Shown here: positions 55,877-64,000 of the stretch, one piece after another
Layout of the letters: the number at the start of each line of letters is the position of its first letter
Numbering within the stretch: position 1 is the first letter of the stretch
From: Naegleria gruberi
Lineage: Eukaryota
Assembly (NCBI GenBank): GCA_000004985.1
Contig: GG738874.1
Strand: one strand, 5' to 3'
Length of the DNA stretch: 64,000 nucleotides
Position numbers and translations under genes: made by a program
Notes under the pieces: generated by a model
The model's input: only the letters and a program-made list of their open reading frames with translations
What the model was told of the DNA's origin: nothing
Database searches by the model: none

Positions 55877-57616
55877 ATGAGCAACAAACAAGTGCGGAAG
55901 AAACGGTCGGCATCGTCTTCAAAGAGGAAACGTGTTACACTGCCACATCAACCTTCGACTGAGGAGGAACAACCAACAATAGAGGAGGATATTGAATTGG
56001 ATCATACACCTAAGAAGGTGAAATCGGATGTTGCATTAGAGCCGGAGATTGAAACACCAACAGAAACTGAAGAACCTATAGTAGCAAAAGTAACTTCTGA
56101 TGATTCCGATGATGATCTGTTGAATGATACTTCATTTGCTCAATTTTGTGATCCATCTATTGTTAAGAAAGTAGGATTTAATGAAAATTGCTTGATTGAC
56201 TATGAATATGAGAGGAAATTAATTGAGCAACAGAAAAAGGATATGGATGAAACTTTAAGAGTAAAGAGGATCAATGATGAATTAAATAGATTGATACAGG
56301 AAGAAATTAATAACTCCAACACAAGAATTGATTTGAACAGTTTAACTAATGATCAAAAGAAAGATCACTTGAAGAAATTGATGGAAGGAACAGGTAATGA
56401 AATAGAAATATCGATACTTGAACATGTAAATAACGAAGGGAGTTATGATCAATATTATAAGGATCTTAGAATACAGTTATTTTGTGAGGAAATGAGTAGA
56501 TTCAATGTATTTAAAATTGCGGGCTATGTTTCTGTTAAATCTATTAATGCAGACAATTTTATTTCCGAGTTTGTTCAGTTCTTACAACCAAAATATGAAT
56601 ATTGTGCAGAAAGATATGATTTATTTTGCAATACTATTGAATATTCTGTGCAAGAAATTGGGTCAAATGATATTTTAGATGACTTAGGACTTGCTTGCTT
56701 GCAACCAACAAAGGAAATGAATCAACCTTTTGTTTCAGTTGAAGAGGCTGTTATAGTGCTTGGATTACTTGATAAGAAAAAGTGCATACGCCTACAACGT
56801 TTAATAAGAAAAACAGTAGACTCTTATGTAAATGGAAGGGAAATTGATATTAGTGAACATGATTTAGCTTGTCTAGCCATTCATTTTCTAATTTCTCAAT
56901 ACTTTAATTTCGGTAATTATATAAGCAAGCCAGACACGACTTTAAATCCATATTCAATCTATAGCTCCCTTTCAAAGACAAAACTTATTAATACTACAGA
57001 ATTAACTTTTATTTTGAAAAGTTTGGAAGGCGACTATGCCACGTTAATAACCAATTTATTCAATCTATTTGGTTTCTCTCAAGGAGAGGAAGATTCCACT
57101 CTTCAAGGTGAAACTACCATTGATTCTTTGAATTCAGTTATTCAAAAATATTTTCCTCCCACTTTTTCCAAGTTTTTAATTTCCAGACCATTTTACAATA
57201 CCAGTAAGACAATAATAACTTTTTACAAGAAGTTCTTTGCTTGTATGCTGATTAATGTAACTGGTATTACGGAAATTTCACATGAGGAGATATTTTCCAC
57301 TGATTACGAGTTCAACAACACAACCAATCGTAAATTAGTTACCTCTGTCATACCTATATTGGAACGTCTACTGGAACAATGTAAGGAAAGAAAAGAATTT
57401 GAATTCCCTCTTCTTCATCTCATCAAAAATGTTCTCTCTATTTTTGATATTTGTGCAGATCTTGGAAGAGATTCATCTTTTGTCAGAGATGAATTACTTA
57501 AACTTTCTACAAGTTTAAGACCTCATTTCCAATATTCTGATTTTACATTCCTCAAACTTCAATTCCCTTACCTAGATGCTTCGTTCATGCAAAATTTGAC
57601 TGATGAAGACAGTTGA
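55877..57616 (+). CDS. hypothetical protein (579 aa) with a basic N-terminus (KKRSASSSKRKR, NLS-like) then an acidic region; function unknown
   Basis: Single ATG ORF with host-like composition. No motif recognised. Confidence 0.45.
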   Translation: MSNKQVRKKRSASSSKRKRVTLPHQPSTEEEQPTIEEDIELDHTPKKVKSDVALEPEIETPTETEEPIVAKVTSDDSDDDLLNDTSFAQFCDPSIVKKVGFNENCLIDYEYERKLIEQQKKDMDETLRVKRINDELNRLIQEEINNSNTRIDLNSLTNDQKKDHLKKLMEGTGNEIEISILEHVNNEGSYDQYYKDLRIQLFCEEMSRFNVFKIAGYVSVKSINADNFISEFVQFLQPKYEYCAERYDLFCNTIEYSVQEIGSNDILDDLGLACLQPTKEMNQPFVSVEEAVIVLGLLDKKKCIRLQRLIRKTVDSYVNGREIDISEHDLACLAIHFLISQYFNFGNYISKPDTTLNPYSIYSSLSKTKLINTTELTFILKSLEGDYATLITNLFNLFGFSQGEEDSTLQGETTIDSLNSVIQKYFPPTFSKFLISRPFYNTSKTIITFYKKFFACMLINVTGITEISHEEIFSTDYEFNNTTNRKLVTSVIPILERLLEQCKERKEFEFPLLHLIKNVLSIFDICADLGRDSSFVRDELLKLSTSLRPHFQYSDFTFLKLQFPYLDASFMQNLTDEDS

Positions 57617-58011
57617 TACATCAGTAAGGAGCAATACTAATAGCAGTGTAATTATACAACAACAATTATACCTTACAAATTCGCATCAACCATTTTTGTG
57701 TTTAAAACAGTAGTTTTAATTTCAATTACGAAATGTATTTACTAAAAGGTGACATATGGATGACAGAATGCTGCAGAAATAATTCCACTACAATACTGAA
57801 TATTGGCGGGAGAAGTAAATCAAATCACATCAAACAAGAAATACTCTTCAGTCAACTCTTGTATTGCAGTGTATTCCTATAAATACAAAGCCAATTTTCT
57901 ACTAAAGTGAACTAAACAAAAAAAAGATACAACTCTTGTATTGTATATCTGTAAATTAATTGTAAACAACCTGTACATTCTAGGATTTTGTAAAATAATC
58001 TACTGTATTCA

Positions 58012-61000
58012 ATGAGAACAAGTGCTGTAAAGAATGAGACATGGAATCGTGCAATGATTCCTCGCTCTCTACTAATGCTAAGTTTGATTTTACTTTGGAC
58101 TGTTGCCTTTGTCGAGTCAAAGAAACAACAAACCAAGCCAACTAAATTTGCCAAGATTGTTTGCCCACCTAATTCAAACCTCACTTACACGTTCAAAACC
58201 ACTTCCTTAATTGGAAATCGTGGTCTTGCTTCAAGTAAGAAGGGTTCTTCTGGAAATGTTGAAACTCAACTTTCTGGTGAATTGGTTTTAACTTGTCCAT
58301 CCAGAAAAACCAATGAAAAGTCAGGTCTCATTGATAAGAGTGCTAAGAATAAGAATGTTATTCTCCTCACTTTCAATCAAGTATCCTTCCTCCAATTTCA
58401 AGGTTCTTCAAAGGGTGTCAGTGGTAGAAAATATCGTCGTCTTTTAACTTCAAAAGATATGACCAAGAAAATGAACGAATTTCCAATGATTTTCATTCAA
58501 TCAAAGACTGGTCATATTCAAAAGATGGTTTTCAGACAATCTGAAACTCGTTATATTCGTTCTTTAAAGAAGGGTATTCTCAGATTATTCACTACTGAAA
58601 CTAGACGTCAATCTCGTTCTCAAACTGATGGTGTATTGGGCAAGTATCGTCAAAATTATCACAAGCAATTTAGACGTGGAGTTGTCTCTAAGAAACGTAA
58701 AGGATTGGCAATTTATCAAAAATTCACTCAAGATGATTTCATTTCATTCCTCCCTCCAAGTAAGAGACATTTACATTATGAAGGTGCTCATCTTGTTAGT
58801 GTTTCCTTGAAAAAGAAGGTGATTAGAAAGGCAGGTTTGAGATTGAAGGTCACTTTTGGTCCATCAAAGGAAGTTCACTATGCTTTTAAGGAATTTGAAA
58901 GAATTGCTCATTCAAAGATTAAGAAGGATGATTTAGTTGATAATGAATCCAAGTCAAATGAATTGGAAACTCTATTTGTTGGATCTGTAAAGCTCAAAAA
59001 GGCAGAAAAGACAAGTCAAGATTTGAAAGAAGAAATTGGACAAGTAATTATCAATTTGGAAAAGAATGGTCGTGATGCCAAGTTGGGTTCTCAATTCCAA
59101 TTTGAGAATTCTTTCATGACTAACAAGTATGATAAGAAAGCTATGAATCAAATCAATAGAAGACGTTTCTCTACTAAATTCTTCCGTCGTTTGCTTAATG
59201 CTGCCAAGACAGATCCATCCTTGTCAAGAAATGCTAATTCCTTACTTTCAGCTCTTGCCAAGTATAGCAAATTGCATCCAATCAAGTCTGCCAAGATTTT
59301 GTTAAATGAATTGAAGAAGGGTGTTGACAAGTTACTCAATTCAAATGACATGACAGAAAAGCAAAAGATTTCTCTCAAGAATTATTTGGAAAGCGTTCAA
59401 AACTTGGTTGCTACTATTAGATCTACTCCAATTCAAGAAAAACTTATCAAACTCTCTACTTTGCATCCATATTTGGCTAAAAATTACATTTACTCATCCG
59501 TAGTTGTTCCAACTCCACCAAAGTCTGCCTTCTCTTTCTTAAAGCTATTGAAATCAAAGGGCCTTAGCGCATTCTCTCGTAGAGGAAACAAAAAGTTCAA
59601 ATTCTCATCTCAAATGAATGAAGATGTCAAGAAGAACGCCTTCATGGCCTATGCTGACCTCGCTCACAGAATTAGAGATAACAGAGTTCAACAACATATT
59701 GTCAAGGAAATTCTTACCAAGATTTCTGCTTCAACCAATTTGAATGAACTCCAAACTTATATTCATGCTTTGAATAATGCTGGTAAAGGTGTTGATATTG
59801 AAATTATCAGATCATTCTTGACTGATAAGAGAATTCCAGACACTATTAAGGTTTTACTTGCTGACAATTTGAAGAAGCGTCAAACTGATGAAAGTGCTGT
59901 CGATAGTTTGATCAATTCATTGGTTGTTACTAAGGGTTTGAGCTCTGTTGTTAAGGCCTCTCTCATCAATGCTCAAACTGAAAGAGAAAAGCATCTCAAA
60001 TCGGGTGCTTCAGTTACCCACTTTTCTAAGGCCCATAAGAAGAATAAGAGCGAGGAAATTAGAACTGCTGTCAAGAATTACTTGTACACTGTTGGTACTA
60101 AACAATCAGGTGAACAACTTTCAAAGGCATTAAAGATCAAGAATAAGACCTCTAATGCTCTTGCTAAAAAGGTCAAGAAATTCCAATCCAGCATTGAATC
60201 CCGTGCTCTCCTTTCTCATGAAGATTTGACACTTTTAGAAGCCTTTGATGAAATGGAAAGAGCTCAAGTTTTGGGTATTGGAAGATTTTTCAGAAGATTG
60301 GGTTCCAGAATTAAGAGTGCTGCTAGAGCTGTTGGTGGTGCTGTCCGTAGAGCTGCAAGGGTTGTTGGTAGAGGTGTTGCAAGAGCTGCCAGAGCTGTAG
60401 GTAGAGCAGTTGTTACAGGTGCCAAAGCTGTTGCTAAGGGTGTTGTTAAAGCAGCCAATTGGGTCAAAGAAAAGGTTGAAGCAGCTATTAATGCTGTAAC
60501 GAATGTTGTCAATAAGATTAAGAGCTATTTCGGTCCTGCCACCTTTGCAAATCAACAAGCTTGCATCAAAGTTAGTGTTGACAGTGAAATGTGTTTGAGA
60601 GAATCAACATTCATTGAATTCATTAGAAAACAAGGTGACATGAGTACAATTAAGAAGGCCAAACATTTCAGTTTCGAAGCCCTAGTCGGATGTCAAAGTA
60701 TTAATGTTTACACTGGTTTCCTTGTCTATGCAGGTGCTTCATTCGAATGTAGTGCTGAAAATAGTGGAATTGATATTCTCTTGTTGGCTAAAGCCAAGTT
60801 AAATGCTAAGCTTTTCAGTAAGGAATTTGTTGTCATTGATGGTAGTGCTGAATTGACCAAGAGAGGTGAACAACCATTAACTGATAACATTTATCTCAAA
60901 GTTTTCCAAACTACATTTGTAAATGGTAACTTTGTTCCTGAAAAGATTAGAAAGGTCATTGATGCATGTTTCTCTGAAACTAAACCAATCTTTGAAAAGA

Positions 61001-62409
61001 GATTCCCAAAGCTTTTCAGTTACAATATCCAAATAATGGCTGGACCTATCCCAATATCCTTCAATTTTAATACTGCTTTAAACACAGGAGTTGAGTTGAA
61101 ATATGGTATCTGTCTTGCAAAATTGGAAGCCAGTTCTTCATTGGAGCCATACGTTTCATTGGAACTTACAGGTTCTGCCTCAGTTGGAGTGCCAGTTGCC
61201 AAAGCTGGAATCAAATTGACTGCAACCATTACTTACAGAATTATTCCACGTATTGCTTTTGAAAAGTGTAATTTGTGTGCCATGTTGCAACAACGTTTAG
61301 ATGGTGTGAAGTTTGATGTAGGTTTGTCTGCAACATTCATGAAATGGACAAAGAATTGGGATTTCTACTCAAAGCAAACAAAGCCATACGTCAAGACCTT
61401 ATTCGAAAAGTGTGTTAGCTCAACTGGATATAAGCCATCCAGCAACGATTCTCCTCTCCAATTTACTAACAAACGTGATTCAGAACAACCAGAAGCTGCT
61501 GCTTCTACCGATAGTAGTGCTCCAGAACAGAATCCACAAGGATACAATACTGAAGGTGCCCCAAGTACTAAGAATGTTGCTACTGAAGGTCCAAGTAAAT
61601 TGAGAAAGAAGGTTGGTAGTGCATTGTCAAAGAAGGCCACTTCCTATCAATCCATGTTTGGTCCAAATGCTGAAAAGATTGCAGTTTCTGGAGGTGCTCC
61701 ACCAAAACCAAGCAAGCAAACTTTGAGAAGTCCAGTCACCAGTCAAAGAGATGTTGTCTGGTCAACTGCATTCTTGAAGCAAAAGGTTCCAGCTGCAGCT
61801 ATTAAGGATCTAGGACTTGAAAAGTTGAGAAGACTTCCAAAGGAATACTTTGAGATTAAGAGTGAAGATAGAGCAAAGATTCCAAATGAAATTTTGCTTC
61901 TCCCACCTGCTGATTTCATTAAATTCCTTGGAAAATTACCAGATCGTTATCAAAAGTCAACTGAAACTGAAATACCAAGCAATGCATCTGTCAAGGTTTG
62001 GTCTTCTGAAGTTTTAGAAAAGCAAATTCCAAAGCAAATTTATAGTAAGGTTCCACTCAGATATTTGAGACACTTGTATCCTGATATTCTTCAAATCCGT
62101 AAACGTGTCATGTTACAAATCCCATCAACATCCTATACTCAAGGAAATAAGGGAATTGTCACTTGGGTCTGTAAAAATTATGGTGATTTGTGTAAGACTT
62201 TAGTTGAATCTATCAAGAAGAACGAAGAGGTTGACTATTCTGATTTGCTCAGTTTGATTCCAGCCGAACAACCAAAAGTTGTCTCCTCGAAATCATCACC
62301 AAAATCAAACAACTCAACTAAGGCAAGCAGAAATCCTAAAGGAAGAGATTATTTCTCAAGAGGAAGACCAGTTGAACTCGACATCGAATTCCATAGAATT
62401 AAACAATAG
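58012..62409 (+). CDS. secreted large lipid transfer protein-like (vitellogenin-N / apolipophorin-type N-terminal domain), 1465 aa, intronless, with an internal Ala/Arg/Val/Gly amphipathic repeat
   Basis: Signal peptide ...MIPRSLLMLSLILLWTVAFVES. N-terminal ...NLTYTFKTTSLIG...ELVLTCPS...NEFPMIFIQSKTGHIQKMVFRQSETRYIRSLKKGILRLFTTE matches the LLTP lipovitellin-N signature (E.P..F....G.i.......E....N.KRGI.S..Q). A helical middle then a C-terminal beta-rich region. The true start may be the second Met (MIPRS...). Confidence 0.6.
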   Translation: MRTSAVKNETWNRAMIPRSLLMLSLILLWTVAFVESKKQQTKPTKFAKIVCPPNSNLTYTFKTTSLIGNRGLASSKKGSSGNVETQLSGELVLTCPSRKTNEKSGLIDKSAKNKNVILLTFNQVSFLQFQGSSKGVSGRKYRRLLTSKDMTKKMNEFPMIFIQSKTGHIQKMVFRQSETRYIRSLKKGILRLFTTETRRQSRSQTDGVLGKYRQNYHKQFRRGVVSKKRKGLAIYQKFTQDDFISFLPPSKRHLHYEGAHLVSVSLKKKVIRKAGLRLKVTFGPSKEVHYAFKEFERIAHSKIKKDDLVDNESKSNELETLFVGSVKLKKAEKTSQDLKEEIGQVIINLEKNGRDAKLGSQFQFENSFMTNKYDKKAMNQINRRRFSTKFFRRLLNAAKTDPSLSRNANSLLSALAKYSKLHPIKSAKILLNELKKGVDKLLNSNDMTEKQKISLKNYLESVQNLVATIRSTPIQEKLIKLSTLHPYLAKNYIYSSVVVPTPPKSAFSFLKLLKSKGLSAFSRRGNKKFKFSSQMNEDVKKNAFMAYADLAHRIRDNRVQQHIVKEILTKISASTNLNELQTYIHALNNAGKGVDIEIIRSFLTDKRIPDTIKVLLADNLKKRQTDESAVDSLINSLVVTKGLSSVVKASLINAQTEREKHLKSGASVTHFSKAHKKNKSEEIRTAVKNYLYTVGTKQSGEQLSKALKIKNKTSNALAKKVKKFQSSIESRALLSHEDLTLLEAFDEMERAQVLGIGRFFRRLGSRIKSAARAVGGAVRRAARVVGRGVARAARAVGRAVVTGAKAVAKGVVKAANWVKEKVEAAINAVTNVVNKIKSYFGPATFANQQACIKVSVDSEMCLRESTFIEFIRKQGDMSTIKKAKHFSFEALVGCQSINVYTGFLVYAGASFECSAENSGIDILLLAKAKLNAKLFSKEFVVIDGSAELTKRGEQPLTDNIYLKVFQTTFVNGNFVPEKIRKVIDACFSETKPIFEKRFPKLFSYNIQIMAGPIPISFNFNTALNTGVELKYGICLAKLEASSSLEPYVSLELTGSASVGVPVAKAGIKLTATITYRIIPRIAFEKCNLCAMLQQRLDGVKFDVGLSATFMKWTKNWDFYSKQTKPYVKTLFEKCVSSTGYKPSSNDSPLQFTNKRDSEQPEAAASTDSSAPEQNPQGYNTEGAPSTKNVATEGPSKLRKKVGSALSKKATSYQSMFGPNAEKIAVSGGAPPKPSKQTLRSPVTSQRDVVWSTAFLKQKVPAAAIKDLGLEKLRRLPKEYFEIKSEDRAKIPNEILLLPPADFIKFLGKLPDRYQKSTETEIPSNASVKVWSSEVLEKQIPKQIYSKVPLRYLRHLYPDILQIRKRVMLQIPSTSYTQGNKGIVTWVCKNYGDLCKTLVESIKKNEEVDYSDLLSLIPAEQPKVVSSKSSPKSNNSTKASRNPKGRDYFSRGRPVELDIEFHRIKQ
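60295..60450 (+). repeat. coding imperfect repeat encoding an Ala/Arg/Val/Gly amphipathic segment (a GC-richer island within an AT-rich gene)
   Basis: gctgctagagctgttggtggtgctgtccgtagagctgcaagggttgttggtagaggtgttgcaagagctgccagagctgtaggtagagcagttgttacaggtgccaaagctgttgctaagggtgttgttaaagcagcc encodes AARAVGGAVRRAARVVGRGVARAARAVGRAVVTGAKAVAKGVVKAA. Confidence 0.8.
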
Positions 62410-62806
62410 ATAACGTTTCATGAATAAATTTCAATTAAATTCATATTAGCTAGAATTATTATTGGACTTGAAATCTTTGATATGCAACATTCCATTGTTG
62501 TTTCAAAGCCAAAACGAATTGATCAATGTTACCATCATAGGTTTGGTCCAATTGTTGGGGAAGTCATCAAAATTACACACCCCGTGTTTTTACCACCCTC
62601 TCCCCTCAATGTTATTTCCCTGTTCAATTCCTGTTGCAGGAATGAATTTTCATTGTAAAATCTCCCACCACCAAAACCCGTTACATCAATAAATATTTTG
62701 ATGAGAAAAAATTCATCAAAGCACTCCACACCAACATTCACCATCTTTTATTATTTATCTGCACTCATGTAATAAGTACTCCATCCTTCAGGTGGATTTC
62801 TTCTCA

Positions 62807-63091
62807 TCATTCTGTTTCTTCTTCGCCAGTTTTCAAGCCAAGTCGACATTTCCTACCAAATTCCACAAGTACCAAAAGGTTAAAGTTGAGGGTAGGTTCT
62901 CCACCTACAATTACATCCAATGGTGATGTGTTTGGTGGTTTGCCTAAGTGCTGGTAGAGAAAACATACTCGGGTGGTAAATCTTCCATGCAGCCAACTGT
63001 TGTTCACCTCCAACAAGATGTTCTTGAAATTACTACTTTTCTTGCTTTCAACAATCTCACAACCATCAAGATGCTGTTTTGGGAGCAACAA
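62807..63091 (-). CDS. hypothetical small ORF (94 aa); weak call
   Basis: ATG ORF downstream of the LLTP gene. A possible continuation (…MMRRNPPEGWSTYYMSADK*) could not be joined in frame. No motif. Confidence 0.2.
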   Translation of the reverse strand: MLLPKQHLDGCEIVESKKSSNFKNILLEVNNSWLHGRFTTRVCFLYQHLGKPPNTSPLDVIVGGEPTLNFNLLVLVEFGRKCRLGLKTGEEETE

Positions 63092-63792
63092 CCATAATTT
63101 CGGTCATTTCATCGAAAAATCTACCTGAACAAACAATCAATTTCCTGAACGTTTTCACATTTCATGCTATTTCCAAATAATAAACATGACTTTGAATTAG
63201 TAGTATTATTAATTATTTAATTAATTTAAGAATTATTTTAATTTTGTAATTATATTATTTATTAATATTAATTATTTCCTTTTTTAATTTTTCTCAACCA
63301 CCCTCATGTCCGACGTATTAAAAGATACCCAATTTTCAAAACACCCCTCCTCCAAGTGTAATTTTGATGACTTCCCTTGTCGTTTTCGTCTTTTGCAGTT
63401 TAGTTAAAGTAATTTTAGCAAAACAACTGAATACATATTATCTACTAATATTAAAATAAGTGGTCCGAATGTTTATGTAATATGGAGGAGGAGATTATTG
63501 ACAACAATTGCTTAAATTTTCATCATCATTAAAATTATTTCCCGCCATCACAAGCCATTAAAATTTTTTTTAGAGAATTTGACTACCAAATAAAATGAGG
63601 TATTTTGTTGTTTCTCAATTACGGCAGTATATTGTGTTATGATGTTTTCGATGTGGCATGATGAGAGGAATGTAATCAGAGATTTGCCATCAAAGGAGGT
63701 CAAACAAGAAAGCAAATGGTGCTTTCCTTGCAGGGCCAAATTTCATGTATATTATTAATTAATTATTATTAGAAAAAGAATTTTATGATGAC

Positions 63793-63842
63793 NNNNNNNN
63801 NNNNNNNNNNNNNNNNNNNNNNNNNNNNNNNNNNNNNNNNNN
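63793..63842. other. assembly gap (50 N)
   Basis: Run of n characters. Confidence 1.
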
Positions 63843-64000
63843 GCAATTAATCAGATACAATCTGCTTTTATTAATGCTATGATTAGTTTAAAAGAGTCGA
63901 ATAGCAACACAGAGAGAAATTGGAAGCTGTACATATTATTTACTATTGTCCATATTCATGTTTGGATAACAACAATCATTGTTGGAATACAAGGAAACTT

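Noticed and set aside
62410-63790. AT-rich low-complexity 3' region with short ORFs (62462-62692, 62535-62744, 63548-63739)
   Set aside because: No coding signal or motif. Only the 62807-63091 ORF was retained, at low confidence.

Overview
This window is eukaryotic nuclear DNA, not a prokaryotic locus. It is AT-rich (roughly 30-35% GC) and gene-dense, with about 35 protein-coding genes on both strands. Introns are few and very short (about 38-100 nt) with GTAAGT/GTAGGT donors and AG acceptors. There are two assembly gaps, 17200-17991 (792 N) and 63793-63842. Poly-N, poly-Q and poly-T residue runs, several large intronless genes (SMC6, an SNF2 ATPase, a 1465-aa lipid-transfer-like protein, a 1391-aa NHL/EGF protein) and a fungal-type Zn2Cys6 factor fit an AT-rich, intron-poor protist such as a dictyostelid-like amoebozoan. 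The taxon cannot be fixed from sequence alone. Recognisable genes include the following. (1) Three tandem Amt/MEP ammonium transporter paralogs (8.8-15.2 kb), each sharing a 13-nt micro-exon. (2) An intronless bacterial-type fusion of aspartokinase and diaminopimelate decarboxylase, a candidate horizontal transfer. (3) A UBC7-type E2 gene with a single-base frameshift. (4) A GPI-anchored NHL beta-propeller/EGF giant whose EGF units are near-identical 123-bp tandem DNA repeats. (5) A loose group of G-protein-signalling genes: a divergent G-alpha, a PX+RGS protein, a multi-pass membrane RGS protein and a possible 7TM receptor-like protein. (6) A vitellogenin-N-type large lipid transfer protein with an embedded Ala/Arg/Val/Gly amphipathic repeat. 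(7) A modular repeat protein with a prion-like Q/P/Y-rich linker. Housekeeping genes include SMC6, TMA16, Tim10, an Mpv17/PMP22 protein, a BTB-BACK-PHR protein, an SNF2 ATPase with GRF zinc fingers, two short-chain dehydrogenases, a GDPD enzyme, a CELF-like RRM protein and two F-box/LRR proteins. I found no CRISPR arrays, no rRNA and no convincing tRNA. All calls rest on reading the ORF translations and splice signals by eye, and exon boundaries are approximate to within a few nt where noted.
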